A stretch of DNA of 64,000 nucleotides from IMG/VR virus record IMGVR_UViG_3300013131_004463, positions 1-64,000 of that record. One strand, given 5' to 3'. Made by a program: the position numbers and the translations under genes. This stretch comes from a virus. How positions within the stretch are numbered: the first letter of the stretch is position 1; every line of letters starts with the position of its first letter. Positions 28,527 through 38,472 of this stretch are shown here, one piece after another. A model generated the notes under the pieces. That model was not told the origin of the DNA, did not search any database, and saw nothing but the letters and a program-made list of their open reading frames with translations.

Positions 28527-29482
28527 AAATATTATCTGCTTCGAGAATTAAAACTCTTGAAACTTGTTCTTGGGTTTATTGGAATAATTATCATATTAAA
28601 GTTCCCCAAACCCAAAACGATGGTAGTTTGAGAGGTACGATTTGCCACACAATTTTTGAGCTTCTTTTAAGTCCAAAGCATAAAAATCATTATAATAAAA
28701 TACTAAAAGCAAATTCTATTACTGGAAGTAAAGCTGTAACTAAATTAGTTAAAAAATTAAAATCAAAAGTAAAACTTGATGAGTCAAATTTTGAAATATT
28801 AGACCAAATGATTATGGTTGGATTAAAGCATGATTTTTTTGGAGAAAAAGATGGAAAGATTGTGTCTCCAGAATATGCTTTTGAGATTAAAAATGATAGA
28901 CCCAAATATCATATTAAGGGGTTTATTGATAAGCCTATAAAATCAAAAAATAAAATGGTTATAATTGACTACAAAAGCTCTAAAGCTAAATTTAGGGGAG
29001 ATGACCTAGAAGCCAATATTCAAGCTATGATGTATAGTTTAGCAAGTAAGAAATTATGGCCAAAATTAAAACCTATTATAAGATTTCTATTTCTTAGGTT
29101 TCCCAAACAACCAATACAAGAGCTAGAGTTTACAGAGGACCAAATAAAAGGATTTGAGCATTATTTAGAGCATATAAATGATTATATTAATAAATTTGAC
29201 GAAAGTTCAGCAAAAGCGAACTTCGCCATAGATAATGATAAGAGCAAATGGATGTGTGGTATTGGTAATTGGAAGTGTCCATATAAAGACCCTTATGATT
29301 ATTATGTTAAATTAAATAATAAAAACGAAATAGTAGAATCTAATTTTGATGGTAATTTTAAAAATATAGAGGGATTTACAATAGAGAAAAGAAAATATGA
29401 AGGATGTCCTAGATTTAATACTCAAACACCCAAAATGAAAGATGAATTTCTTGATCCAGATAAAGATGAGTTTTTAGATTGA
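28508..29482 (+). CDS. Cas4/AddB-like PD-(D/E)XK exonuclease
   Basis: LSASRI...C, RGT..H, GFIDK, IIDYKS, Q...Y and C-terminal cysteines. Confidence 0.8.
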   Translation: MEKESLKILSASRIKTLETCSWVYWNNYHIKVPQTQNDGSLRGTICHTIFELLLSPKHKNHYNKILKANSITGSKAVTKLVKKLKSKVKLDESNFEILDQMIMVGLKHDFFGEKDGKIVSPEYAFEIKNDRPKYHIKGFIDKPIKSKNKMVIIDYKSSKAKFRGDDLEANIQAMMYSLASKKLWPKLKPIIRFLFLRFPKQPIQELEFTEDQIKGFEHYLEHINDYINKFDESSAKANFAIDNDKSKWMCGIGNWKCPYKDPYDYYVKLNNKNEIVESNFDGNFKNIEGFTIEKRKYEGCPRFNTQTPKMKDEFLDPDKDEFLD

Positions 29483-29514
29483 AATTAAACTAAATCTATA
29501 ATATACTAAATAAA

Positions 29515-30261
29515 ATGATACCATTGTTTAAATCTCATTATTCATTAGGAAGATCTATATTAACTTTAGAGGACAAAAATGAATCTGATGATTATCCAGA
29601 TTCTATTATTCAAATAGCAAAAGAGCATAAATTAAAAGAAATATCTATTGTAGAAGATAATATGTCTTCTTTTTTAGAGGCGTATACTAATACAAAAAAT
29701 AATAATATTAAATTAAATTATGGATTAAGAATTTCTATTACCGAATCAATAAGCGAAAAGAGCGAAGAATCAATACAAAAAACATCAAAAATAATACTAT
29801 TTTTTAAGAACAAAAATGGCTATGAAAAGTTAACTAAACTATTTAGTATTGCTGCAAAATCTGGTTTTTATTATGGCCCTAGACTTGATTACAAAATTTT
29901 AAAAGAGAATTGGAATGAAGATTTAATTTTAGCTATACCATTTTATGATTCATTTATATTCAATAATACTTTAAAAAATATGATTTGTATACCTCAATTT
30001 GAATTCACAAAACCGATTATGTTTATTGAAGAGAATGATTTGCCGTTCAATGATATTATTAAAAATAAAGTAAAAAAATATGCAGAAGAAAACTCTCTAG
30101 AAGTTTATAAAGTCAAAAGCATATACTACAACAAAAAGAAAGACTTTAAATCTTATTTAACATTTAGATGCATTAATAATAGAAGCATATTAAACAAACC
30201 AGAATTAGAACATATGTCTAGCAATGATTTTTCTTTTGAGAGCTATATGAGGACAAAATAA
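29515..30261 (+). CDS. Stand-alone PHP domain of DNA polymerase III alpha
   Basis: PLFKSHYSLGRSIL, IKLNYGLR, KNKNGYEKL.KL.S.A and GFYYGPRLD match the DnaE N-terminus; promoter TTGAAA-17-TATACT at 29479-29507. Confidence 0.8.
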   Translation: MIPLFKSHYSLGRSILTLEDKNESDDYPDSIIQIAKEHKLKEISIVEDNMSSFLEAYTNTKNNNIKLNYGLRISITESISEKSEESIQKTSKIILFFKNKNGYEKLTKLFSIAAKSGFYYGPRLDYKILKENWNEDLILAIPFYDSFIFNNTLKNMICIPQFEFTKPIMFIEENDLPFNDIIKNKVKKYAEENSLEVYKVKSIYYNKKKDFKSYLTFRCINNRSILNKPELEHMSSNDFSFESYMRTK

Positions 30262-30899
30262 TGGACGAACACTTATTAAGATATGATAAGAAAAAGACTT
30301 TAGTTTTTGTTGATTGCGAGACTTTTAACTTATGTTTAAATTTTTGCCATAATTTACCGTGGCAAATAGCAATGATTAAAGTAATAGGAGATAAAAAAGT
30401 TGATGAGAAGAATTTTTATCTTAAATGGCAAACAGATTTAAAAATTAGTCAAGACGCAGCAAGAATAACAAGATATGATCATAAAAAAGTTCAAAAAGAA
30501 GGTCACGACCCAAAAGAAATATTCCCTACTATAAAAGATTGGCTAGATCATGCTGATTATATTATTGGACATAACACACTAGGCTTTGATATTTATCTAA
30601 TAAAAGAGTATTATAAATTCATGGGTTTAAAATCTAATCACCTAGTATCTAAATTTATTGATACAAATGCAATAGCAAGAGGTATTAAATATGGAACTCC
30701 TTTTAATAAAAGTGATAATTTAATTGAATACCAATACAAAATATATCACACAAAAAAGAAAAATGTAAAAAGCTCTTTAACTTTTTTAGGTAAAGAGAAT
30801 GGCATAGATCATGATTATGAGAAACTGCATGACGCTATTAATGATCTTGACTTAAATTTAAAAGTATGGAATAAATTGAAGTGGCAAATAGAGGTATGA
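30261..30899 (+). CDS. DEDDh 3'-5' exonuclease (DnaQ/epsilon-like)
   Basis: FVDCET, GHN..GFD, IDT and LHDAIND. Confidence 0.85.
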   Translation: MDEHLLRYDKKKTLVFVDCETFNLCLNFCHNLPWQIAMIKVIGDKKVDEKNFYLKWQTDLKISQDAARITRYDHKKVQKEGHDPKEIFPTIKDWLDHADYIIGHNTLGFDIYLIKEYYKFMGLKSNHLVSKFIDTNAIARGIKYGTPFNKSDNLIEYQYKIYHTKKKNVKSSLTFLGKENGIDHDYEKLHDAINDLDLNLKVWNKLKWQIEV

Positions 30900-30900
30900 T

Positions 30901-31116
30901 ATGGCTTCGCTAGATGATATATATGATATGATTCAAAAATTAGATGATTCTAATATTGAATATCTTCTTATTACTATTCAAAAAGGCAAGAAGAATGGCA
31001 AAGCAGATGTCTTTTATTCTTTAAAAGATAAAAATTCAATGAAAATATTAACTCAAGGATTAAAAGAATTTACAAAAGAAGTAGATAGGGCAGACGATGA
31101 AGGCAAATTTGATTAA
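30901..31116 (+). CDS. Small hypothetical protein inside the polymerase cluster
   Basis: 71 aa, tightly packed between the exonuclease and dnaE. Confidence 0.65.
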   Translation: MASLDDIYDMIQKLDDSNIEYLLITIQKGKKNGKADVFYSLKDKNSMKILTQGLKEFTKEVDRADDEGKFD

Positions 31117-33694
31117 TTATTCAGAAGACAAATCTTTCTTTTCTAAGTTCGAAGATATAGACTTAGGACTTCACGGTGTAAGATTGCCAGAATTTAATAT
31201 TGATAGTTCAGCAAAAAGACATTTAAATTTAAGCGAAGATGTATCAAATTATGAGTTTTTAAGAGCTTTATCTTTAAATGGATTTAAAGAACTAAAAATA
31301 GATAAGAATCAACCAGAATATAAAAAATATACAGATCGAGCAAAGCACGAACTAGAAACTTTAAAAGAGTTAGGGTTTATAGATTATATATTATTGGTTT
31401 GGGATGTTATTAATTTCTGCAAAACCAACAATATCCCAGTTGGGCTAGGTAGAGGTTCTGCGGCCGGATCATTAATATTTTATTTAATTGGAGTCACAAG
31501 AATAGACCCAGTTAAATATAACCTTTATTTTGAAAGATTTATATCTAAGATTAGAGCTAAAAAGCAAGTTATTAATAAGATAACATATTTGGATGGTAGT
31601 TTAATGTGCGACGTAGATCTTGATATATGTTATTATAATAGACATAAAGTTCTTGAATATCTTGAAAATAAATTTAAAGGCAAAACTAGCAAAATATTAA
31701 CTTTAAATACTCTTAGCGGAAAACTTCTTATAAAAGAATGCGGTAAAATTGTTGCAGAAAAATCAGAAGAAGAAATGACAACAATCTCATCATTAATCCC
31801 TAAGATATTTGGTCAAGTAAAAGATATTACATCTGCATATGAAGAAATACCCAAATTTAAAGAATGGTGCGATGATAATAAAGAAGCGTATGAAATTGCT
31901 TTAAAGTTAAGAGATTTAATTAAAAATAAGGGAGTTCATCCTTCTGGAGTATTGTTGTCTTATGATGACCTAGAAAAAGTTTGCCCAACAGAACTCTCTT
32001 CAGATAAAGAGGCAGTCTCCAGCTTTGATATGAATTGGGTCTCTTTATTTAATATTAAATTAGATATCTTAGGCTTAAGAAGCGTTTCTGTTGTTGATGA
32101 TGTATGTAAAAGAATAAATATAAAAATATCAGATATTGATCTTAATGATCCATCTATATATAGAGCCTTACAAGATTTAAGAAGTCCTCATGGTTTATTT
32201 CAGATAGAAGCAGATACAAATTTTAAAGTCTGCCAAAAAGTAAAGCCTAAAAATTTAGAAGAGTTAAGCGGGGTATTAGCTCTTGCAAGACCTGGCGCTT
32301 TACAGTTTGTTGATAAATATGCAGCACATACAAATCTTCAACAATCAGAAAGTATACATCCATTCTTCGATGATATTCTAAAACAAACTGGCGGTGTAGC
32401 GCTTTATCAAGAGCAGCTTATGCAAATGGCAAACAAGATTGGTTTTACTTTGGATGAAGCAGAAATTTTAAGAAGGATTGTAGGCAAAAAGAAGACTGAT
32501 GAAATTAAAACTTGGCAGAAAAAAATTGAAACAAAAGTAAAAGAAAATAGATTGCCAAAAGAAGTCGGAGATATCCTATGGAAAATTTTAGAAGATTCAG
32601 CAAATTATTCTTTCAACAAATCTCATTCGCTTGCCTATGCAGCTTTAGCGGCAGTTACAATTTATCTTAAGTTTAATTATCCACAAGAATTTTTCTTATC
32701 CTTATTAAAAATGAGCAGGAACGAACCAGATCCTATAGGTGAAATATCTAAAATACAGAAAGAAATGCAAGCATTTGCAATTGAACTATTACCTCCGCAC
32801 ATTATTAAATCAGAAATGGATTTTTCGCTAGAAAATAGAGATGTAAGATTTGGCTTGCTTTCAATTAAAGGTATTAGCGATAAATCAATAGAAAAATTAA
32901 ATAGTTTTAGAAATAAATATTCTAACAAATTTGAAATATTTCAAGCCGCAGAAGAAGCAGATCTTAATATTGGAGTATTATCTGCCTTAATTCAAGCTGG
33001 CGCGCTAAGCGGATTTAGTCAATCAAGAAGTAAAATAGTATTAGAAGCTCAACTATGGAACATCTTAACCACGAAAGAAAAGAAGTACTGCATTTCATTC
33101 GCTGATCAATTTGATTATGACTTGATTAAAATCATTAAACATTTAAATAAATTTACTGATGAAAAAAATCACGCTATTATTAAAGACAATAGACTTAAAA
33201 CAATTAAAAATAAATACGAACCTTATCTCCAAATATATAATCAAAACAATAAAAGCGAAAGCTTTGCTAACTGGTATTATGAGAAAAAGCTGTTAGGTTA
33301 TACTTACGATAAAACTTTAAAAGATATATTTAATGAAAAAAGACAAGACTTAATATATATTAATAATATATATAACTATCCAATTAATTCTAAGACTATC
33401 TTTGTTGGACAAGTAGAAGAAATATTTTCTGGGGTATCAAAAAGTGAAAAGAAAACTAGATATGTAAGATTAAAAATATCAGACGAAACAGGAACGATAA
33501 ATTGTTTATTATTTAATGATAATATAGAAAACAATAAATTACTTAATAACTCCAAAAACTTTGAAGAAGGCAATATTGTTATTGTTAAAGGCATGATAAA
33601 GCAAGATTGCTTATTTGCTGATTTAGCCGCAATACAAGATCATCAAATTTATATGAAATTAAATGATTTAAAAAAGATAGATAAAAATAATTGA
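31097..33694 (+). CDS. dnaE: DNA polymerase III alpha catalytic core, lacking the PHP domain
   Basis: GRGSAAGS, FERF, DVDLD, HPSGV, KLDILGL, FQIE, YQEQ.MQ, FNKSH and a C-terminal OB fold. Confidence 0.92.
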   Translation: MKANLINYSEDKSFFSKFEDIDLGLHGVRLPEFNIDSSAKRHLNLSEDVSNYEFLRALSLNGFKELKIDKNQPEYKKYTDRAKHELETLKELGFIDYILLVWDVINFCKTNNIPVGLGRGSAAGSLIFYLIGVTRIDPVKYNLYFERFISKIRAKKQVINKITYLDGSLMCDVDLDICYYNRHKVLEYLENKFKGKTSKILTLNTLSGKLLIKECGKIVAEKSEEEMTTISSLIPKIFGQVKDITSAYEEIPKFKEWCDDNKEAYEIALKLRDLIKNKGVHPSGVLLSYDDLEKVCPTELSSDKEAVSSFDMNWVSLFNIKLDILGLRSVSVVDDVCKRINIKISDIDLNDPSIYRALQDLRSPHGLFQIEADTNFKVCQKVKPKNLEELSGVLALARPGALQFVDKYAAHTNLQQSESIHPFFDDILKQTGGVALYQEQLMQMANKIGFTLDEAEILRRIVGKKKTDEIKTWQKKIETKVKENRLPKEVGDILWKILEDSANYSFNKSHSLAYAALAAVTIYLKFNYPQEFFLSLLKMSRNEPDPIGEISKIQKEMQAFAIELLPPHIIKSEMDFSLENRDVRFGLLSIKGISDKSIEKLNSFRNKYSNKFEIFQAAEEADLNIGVLSALIQAGALSGFSQSRSKIVLEAQLWNILTTKEKKYCISFADQFDYDLIKIIKHLNKFTDEKNHAIIKDNRLKTIKNKYEPYLQIYNQNNKSESFANWYYEKKLLGYTYDKTLKDIFNEKRQDLIYINNIYNYPINSKTIFVGQVEEIFSGVSKSEKKTRYVRLKISDETGTINCLLFNDNIENNKLLNNSKNFEEGNIVIVKGMIKQDCLFADLAAIQDHQIYMKLNDLKKIDKNN

Positions 33695-33727
33695 CATTTA
33701 CATATATAAATAGTAACATAAATTAAT

Positions 33728-34261
33728 ATGATATCATTTTATAAACCTAATAGTAAAAACAATGGAACTGCTTGTAGTTTTAGCGTAAATCCTAGAGACG
33801 GCTCTATTTGGAGCTCTTTGATTAAGCAAAGCGGCTGGAATGAAAAAACAAAAACTGGATCTTTTATGGACAACAAAGATAATCCACAAAAAAGCGCAAA
33901 GATTAAATATTCAATAACAGAAGCGGCGGGATTACTAGAAGCTCTAGATAAAAATACAGAGTTCTCAGCTTATCACTCTTCAGAACAACAAATAACAAAG
34001 ATTAAATTTGCGCCTTATATTAGAGATGAAAAACAAGTAGGATTTTCTTATAGTGTTCAAAAAGAAAGCAAAGAAAACGTAGAAAATAAACAATCATATT
34101 TAATTGGATTTTATTTTAACGAATCAAGACTATTAAAAGAATTTCTACAATATTCATTAAATTCTATATTTGAATCACAAAGAATAGAAACAATTAAAAA
34201 AATTAAAAATTCTTCCAAAGAAAAGCCTGTAGATAATCAAGAAGATAGCGAACTTTGGTAA
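33728..34261 (+). CDS. Hypothetical protein, possible ssDNA-binding protein
   Basis: Beta-rich; acidic/aromatic C-terminus QEDSELW; adjacent to dnaE; promoter TTGACA-17-TAACAT at 33691-33719. Confidence 0.4.
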   Translation: MISFYKPNSKNNGTACSFSVNPRDGSIWSSLIKQSGWNEKTKTGSFMDNKDNPQKSAKIKYSITEAAGLLEALDKNTEFSAYHSSEQQITKIKFAPYIRDEKQVGFSYSVQKESKENVENKQSYLIGFYFNESRLLKEFLQYSLNSIFESQRIETIKKIKNSSKEKPVDNQEDSELW

Positions 34262-34263
34262 TC

Positions 34264-36177
34264 GTGAGAAGAAAAAAGGTTTTATTTCAAAGCGATTTTT
34301 CTTTAGCTAAAACTGGCTTTGGCAGAAACGCCAGAGCTTTGTTAAAATATTTACATTCTACAGATAAATACGATATTGTTCATTATTCATGCGGAATGAC
34401 TTATGATCATCCAGAGTTTAAAAAAACTCCATGGAAATCAGTTGGATCATTACCAAACACCCAGCAGGAAATGGAGCAGCTGAATCGAGACCCTAATCTT
34501 GCAAGACTAGCTAGTTATGGCGCACATTTTGTAGATAGAGTAATTAATGAAGAAAAACCAGACGTCTATTTTGCTGTTCAAGATATATGGGGCGTAGATT
34601 TTGCTATAGAGAAACCATGGTTTAGTAAAATTAGTTCTGTTATATGGACAACTTTAGATTCGCTGCCTATTCTTGAGTCTGCCATTAAAAACGCTCCAAA
34701 GATAAAAAATTATTGGATTTGGAGTAGTTTTGCGACAAAAGCACTCAATAAGTTAGGATATAGCCATGTTAAAACTGTACATGGATGTTTAGAGGATAAA
34801 GATTTTTATCGTTTATCTGATTTTGATAGGAATCAACTAAGAAAAAAGAACAATATCCCACAAGATGCATTTATAATAGGATTTGTTTTCAGAAATCAAT
34901 TAAGAAAAAGCGTTCCAAATTTACTTCAAGGATATGCGCTTTGGAAAAAGCAAAATCCCGAAATTAAAAACACATATTTATTATTTCATACTCATTGGGG
35001 AGAAGGATGGAATATTTATAAACTCGCTACAGAAATAGGCGTTAATCCTCAAGAAATATTAACAACTTATGTATGTAAAAACTGTGGCGAATATGAAGTA
35101 AAACAATTTACAGGCCAAGATTTAAATTGTAAACATTGTGGGGCAGAAAAAAGTCAAATTACTACAAATGTTGGATTGGGAGTAACAGAGAATCAATTAA
35201 ATGAAGTATATAACTTAATGGATGTATACTGTCACCCATTTACAAGCGGGGGTCAAGAGATACCGATTCAAGAAGCTAAGCTAACAGAACTAATCACTCT
35301 TGTAACAAATTATAGTTGTGGAGAAGAAATGTGCGCTCCAGAAGCAAACTCATTACCCTTAGAATGGTCAGAATATAGAGAGCATGGAACAGAATTTATT
35401 AAAGCCTCAACCTCGCCAGAGTCAATAGCTAAACAATTAAATATTGTTTATAAAATGCCAATCCATAAAAGGATCGAAATTGGTAAAAAAGCAAGAGATT
35501 GGACAATTAAGAATTTTGGAGTAAAAAATGTAGCAAAAATTTTGGAAGATTTTATAGATTCTCAGCCATTTGCTGATTGGGATAAGATAAAAGAAAATCC
35601 AGAAGATAAAAAAGATCCATATTTTCAAATACCAAACATTATTGATGATTCTGAATGGCTAACATTTATGTATCATAATATATTAAAAATGAAAAATATT
35701 GATTCAAATGACTCTGGTCATCAATATTGGATGGGCGAATTAAGAAAGGGTGCAAAAAGGCAAGATATTGAAAACTATTTTAGAAATGTAGCCTTACAAG
35801 AAAACAATAAATCTAAAGAAGTAAAATTCGAAGATCTTCTAGATCAAAATAATAAAAATAGAATCTTATATGTTATGCCAGAAAGTGCTGGAGATGTATT
35901 TCTTAGCACAGCACTATTTAAGTCTATAAAAAATAGATATCCACAGCACGATTTGTATATTGCCACAAAACCTCAATACAAAGAAATTCTAGAAGGCAAC
36001 CCTTATATTCATAGATGGATTGAATATAATCCAATTATGGACAACTTAATTTGGCTAGAAGGCAATAATCAACACGATGGTCATTTTGATATTGCTTATT
36101 TACCATACACATGCACTCAAAGGAATTTAAATTATCTTCACAATGGCCTAGATAAGTTAGATTTTAGTTTAACTTAA
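34264..36177 (+). CDS. Multidomain glycosyltransferase: GT4 with Zn ribbon, helical domain and N-terminal half of a GT9
   Basis: TGFG, RNQLRK, CKNC...CKHC, GGQEIPIQEA; C-terminal PESAGDVFLST...NPYI; GTG start after the upstream stop. Confidence 0.75.
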   Translation: MRRKKVLFQSDFSLAKTGFGRNARALLKYLHSTDKYDIVHYSCGMTYDHPEFKKTPWKSVGSLPNTQQEMEQLNRDPNLARLASYGAHFVDRVINEEKPDVYFAVQDIWGVDFAIEKPWFSKISSVIWTTLDSLPILESAIKNAPKIKNYWIWSSFATKALNKLGYSHVKTVHGCLEDKDFYRLSDFDRNQLRKKNNIPQDAFIIGFVFRNQLRKSVPNLLQGYALWKKQNPEIKNTYLLFHTHWGEGWNIYKLATEIGVNPQEILTTYVCKNCGEYEVKQFTGQDLNCKHCGAEKSQITTNVGLGVTENQLNEVYNLMDVYCHPFTSGGQEIPIQEAKLTELITLVTNYSCGEEMCAPEANSLPLEWSEYREHGTEFIKASTSPESIAKQLNIVYKMPIHKRIEIGKKARDWTIKNFGVKNVAKILEDFIDSQPFADWDKIKENPEDKKDPYFQIPNIIDDSEWLTFMYHNILKMKNIDSNDSGHQYWMGELRKGAKRQDIENYFRNVALQENNKSKEVKFEDLLDQNNKNRILYVMPESAGDVFLSTALFKSIKNRYPQHDLYIATKPQYKEILEGNPYIHRWIEYNPIMDNLIWLEGNNQHDGHFDIAYLPYTCTQRNLNYLHNGLDKLDFSLT

Positions 36178-36191
36178 ATTATTATTCTAAA

Positions 36192-37343
36192 ATGAGACTT
36201 CTTGATACATACGCAACTAATACAGGATCAAAGATTGATCAACCTTTTATATACTCTAAATTCTTTCCTTTGCCTTTGAAAAAATTTGTTACTTTTCAAT
36301 CTCAAACTCCTTATGACTCAAGAAATTATTCTTATTGGCAAGAAGTCATTAATTTAATACATCCTTATTTAATAAAAAATGATATCCATATAATTCAACT
36401 AGGCGTAAAAGACGAGAAGCCTCTTAATGGAGTAGTTAATCTTTTGGGCCAAACCAACATTAATCAACTAGCATATGTTATTGAAAATGGCATTTTACAC
36501 TTTGGGCCAGACAGCTTAAGCGTTCATTTAGCTTCATATTATAATAAATTAATCGTGGCACTCTATAGCATAAGTAATCCTAATGTTGCCGGGCCACATT
36601 TTGGAGATAAAAACAAGCATCTTTTATTGAAAGGATACGAAAGAGTAGGTAATAAAAAACCTTCATATTCTCAAATAGAACGACCAAAATCAATAGACAC
36701 TATTAAACCAGAAGAAATCGCTATTGGAATATTAGATTTTCTTAATATAGAATATGCAAAATTACCAGAAACAATATATTTTGGACCAGATTATAACGTT
36801 AAAAGTTTTGAAGTGGTTCCAGACGATAATCTAGATGTAAATTCTATACCAATTGAAAATCCAATTATAAGAATGGATTATCTTTTTAACGAACAAACTT
36901 TTGAAAAAATAATTTCTTGTAAAAAATCAATAGTTTTTACTAATAAACCTATTAAAAAAGATCTTATACAAAAATACAAAAAGAATATAACTCAATTAAT
37001 ATATATTATAGATGAAAATAATGATGTTAATTTTGTTAAATTATTAAAGAATAATTCAATTAATTATGCGCTTCTTTCTTTTTTAGAAGAAGATATTTTA
37101 AATAAATATAAAATAGACTACATGGACTATAATCTAATAATTAATAGAAAATATAAAACAAAAGCAGATACAAGTATAAAAGATATTAATAATTTACACT
37201 ATAAATCTTCAAGAGTAATACATTCTTCAAAAGGACAATTTATTTCTAGATATGATTGGCTTCATGGAACAGGAGATAAAGTAGTAGAAGATCCTGATTT
37301 TTGGAAAGAAAGTGATAATTTTTATATTTTTAAATTGACTTAA
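36192..37343 (+). CDS. GT9 (heptosyltransferase-like) C-terminal domain protein
   Basis: RNYSYWQEV, IIQLG, NLLGQTNINQLAYVI and GPDS..VHLAS. Confidence 0.7.
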   Translation: MRLLDTYATNTGSKIDQPFIYSKFFPLPLKKFVTFQSQTPYDSRNYSYWQEVINLIHPYLIKNDIHIIQLGVKDEKPLNGVVNLLGQTNINQLAYVIENGILHFGPDSLSVHLASYYNKLIVALYSISNPNVAGPHFGDKNKHLLLKGYERVGNKKPSYSQIERPKSIDTIKPEEIAIGILDFLNIEYAKLPETIYFGPDYNVKSFEVVPDDNLDVNSIPIENPIIRMDYLFNEQTFEKIISCKKSIVFTNKPIKKDLIQKYKKNITQLIYIIDENNDVNFVKLLKNNSINYALLSFLEEDILNKYKIDYMDYNLIINRKYKTKADTSIKDINNLHYKSSRVIHSSKGQFISRYDWLHGTGDKVVEDPDFWKESDNFYIFKLT

Positions 37344-37369
37344 CTTAATAATTAAAGTATACTATTAAA

Positions 37370-38179
37370 ATGAGTCCAAAGATCAAAGACGACCAAAACA
37401 CAATTTCAATAGGTAGTTCAGAATTAAACGAAGCATTGTCTAATAATGAATTGATTATAGATAACACAATAACGCAAACTCCTCCAAATCTTATAACAAG
37501 AAATAAATACGGTCTTTTAGAAAATTCAAATGTTAATTATGTTTATCATGATGATGGTTCAATAAACTGGCGCAAAATGGTAAAAACAGAATATCTTGTA
37601 CCAAATCGTCAAAAAACTCAAGAAACAGATGTAACAAAGCTAGAGGATAAAGATTTGTTAATATTGCTTGGTGGGATTAAAGAACTAGCTCAAATTCGTG
37701 GATATTCTAAAGTTGAATACAAAGTCGTAGCAGCTTCAGAGAATTATTTTGCCACAAGCTGTAGAATTACTTGGTTGCCAAATTATGAAACAGGTGATAA
37801 AGAAATAGTTTTTGAAGCTCTTGCGGACGCAACAACTAATAACACAAAGTCTTTTGCCAGATTCTTTCTGGCTGCAATAGCAGAAAATAGAGCGTTTGTT
37901 CGTTGTGTGCGCAATTTTCTTAAGATTAATATTGTTTCTCAAGAAGAGCTTGGTGATGCTAAACTAGTTGACGATTCAAGTTTTGCTCAAGAAAATCCAA
38001 CTTCTCCTCAATCATTACTTGAAAAAGTAATGAAAGATAAGAATATAAATTTTGATCAATTGAAAAAAAGATTAATTAAAGAGAAATTTGATGGCGCAGA
38101 AAATCTAAACTCAATAACAGACATCTCAAAAGTAAAGATATTCGAACTAATTGATAGAATTAAAAAAATTAAAGATTAA
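37370..38179 (+). CDS. Putative Rad52/Sak-like ssDNA-annealing protein
   Basis: GIKELA and AIAENRAFVRCVR.FL...VSQEEL motifs; promoter TTGACT-17-TATACT at 37335-37363. Confidence 0.5.
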   Translation: MSPKIKDDQNTISIGSSELNEALSNNELIIDNTITQTPPNLITRNKYGLLENSNVNYVYHDDGSINWRKMVKTEYLVPNRQKTQETDVTKLEDKDLLILLGGIKELAQIRGYSKVEYKVVAASENYFATSCRITWLPNYETGDKEIVFEALADATTNNTKSFARFFLAAIAENRAFVRCVRNFLKINIVSQEELGDAKLVDDSSFAQENPTSPQSLLEKVMKDKNINFDQLKKRLIKEKFDGAENLNSITDISKVKIFELIDRIKKIKD

Positions 38180-38472
38180 TAATCTTTATATTTGACCAAG
38201 TGATTTCTAACAAAATATAAATTAATAAAAAACCCACAAAACGCGCTAAAAATATTACTTAAAAATGGATAAGTTAATCCAAAAAATGGATTAATAAAAA
38301 AACTAATAGCTAAAGATATCCAAAAACTAGAACATTCATGACAAAGCAAGGGTTTGTGAATATAAGGAATCTTAGCTATAAAGTTGCGAAAAGGTCTAGC
38401 TACTTCAGTATCGTTCCAACCGTAAGTTATACCAAGACAAATAAAAAGATAAACTATAAAAGTATAAAACAT
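38176..38472 (-). CDS. Small membrane protein (DUF1360-like)
   Basis: Hydrophobic segments and an LLCHECSSFW motif. Confidence 0.55.
   Translation of the reverse strand: MFYTFIVYLFICLGITYGWNDTEVARPFRNFIAKIPYIHKPLLCHECSSFWISLAISFFINPFFGLTYPFLSNIFSAFCGFFINLYFVRNHLVKYKDY

Noticed and set aside
23602-33694. Inteins or introns in recA, dnaB or dnaE
   Set aside because: Protein lengths and motif spacing are normal; no intein terminal motifs at the DnaE split
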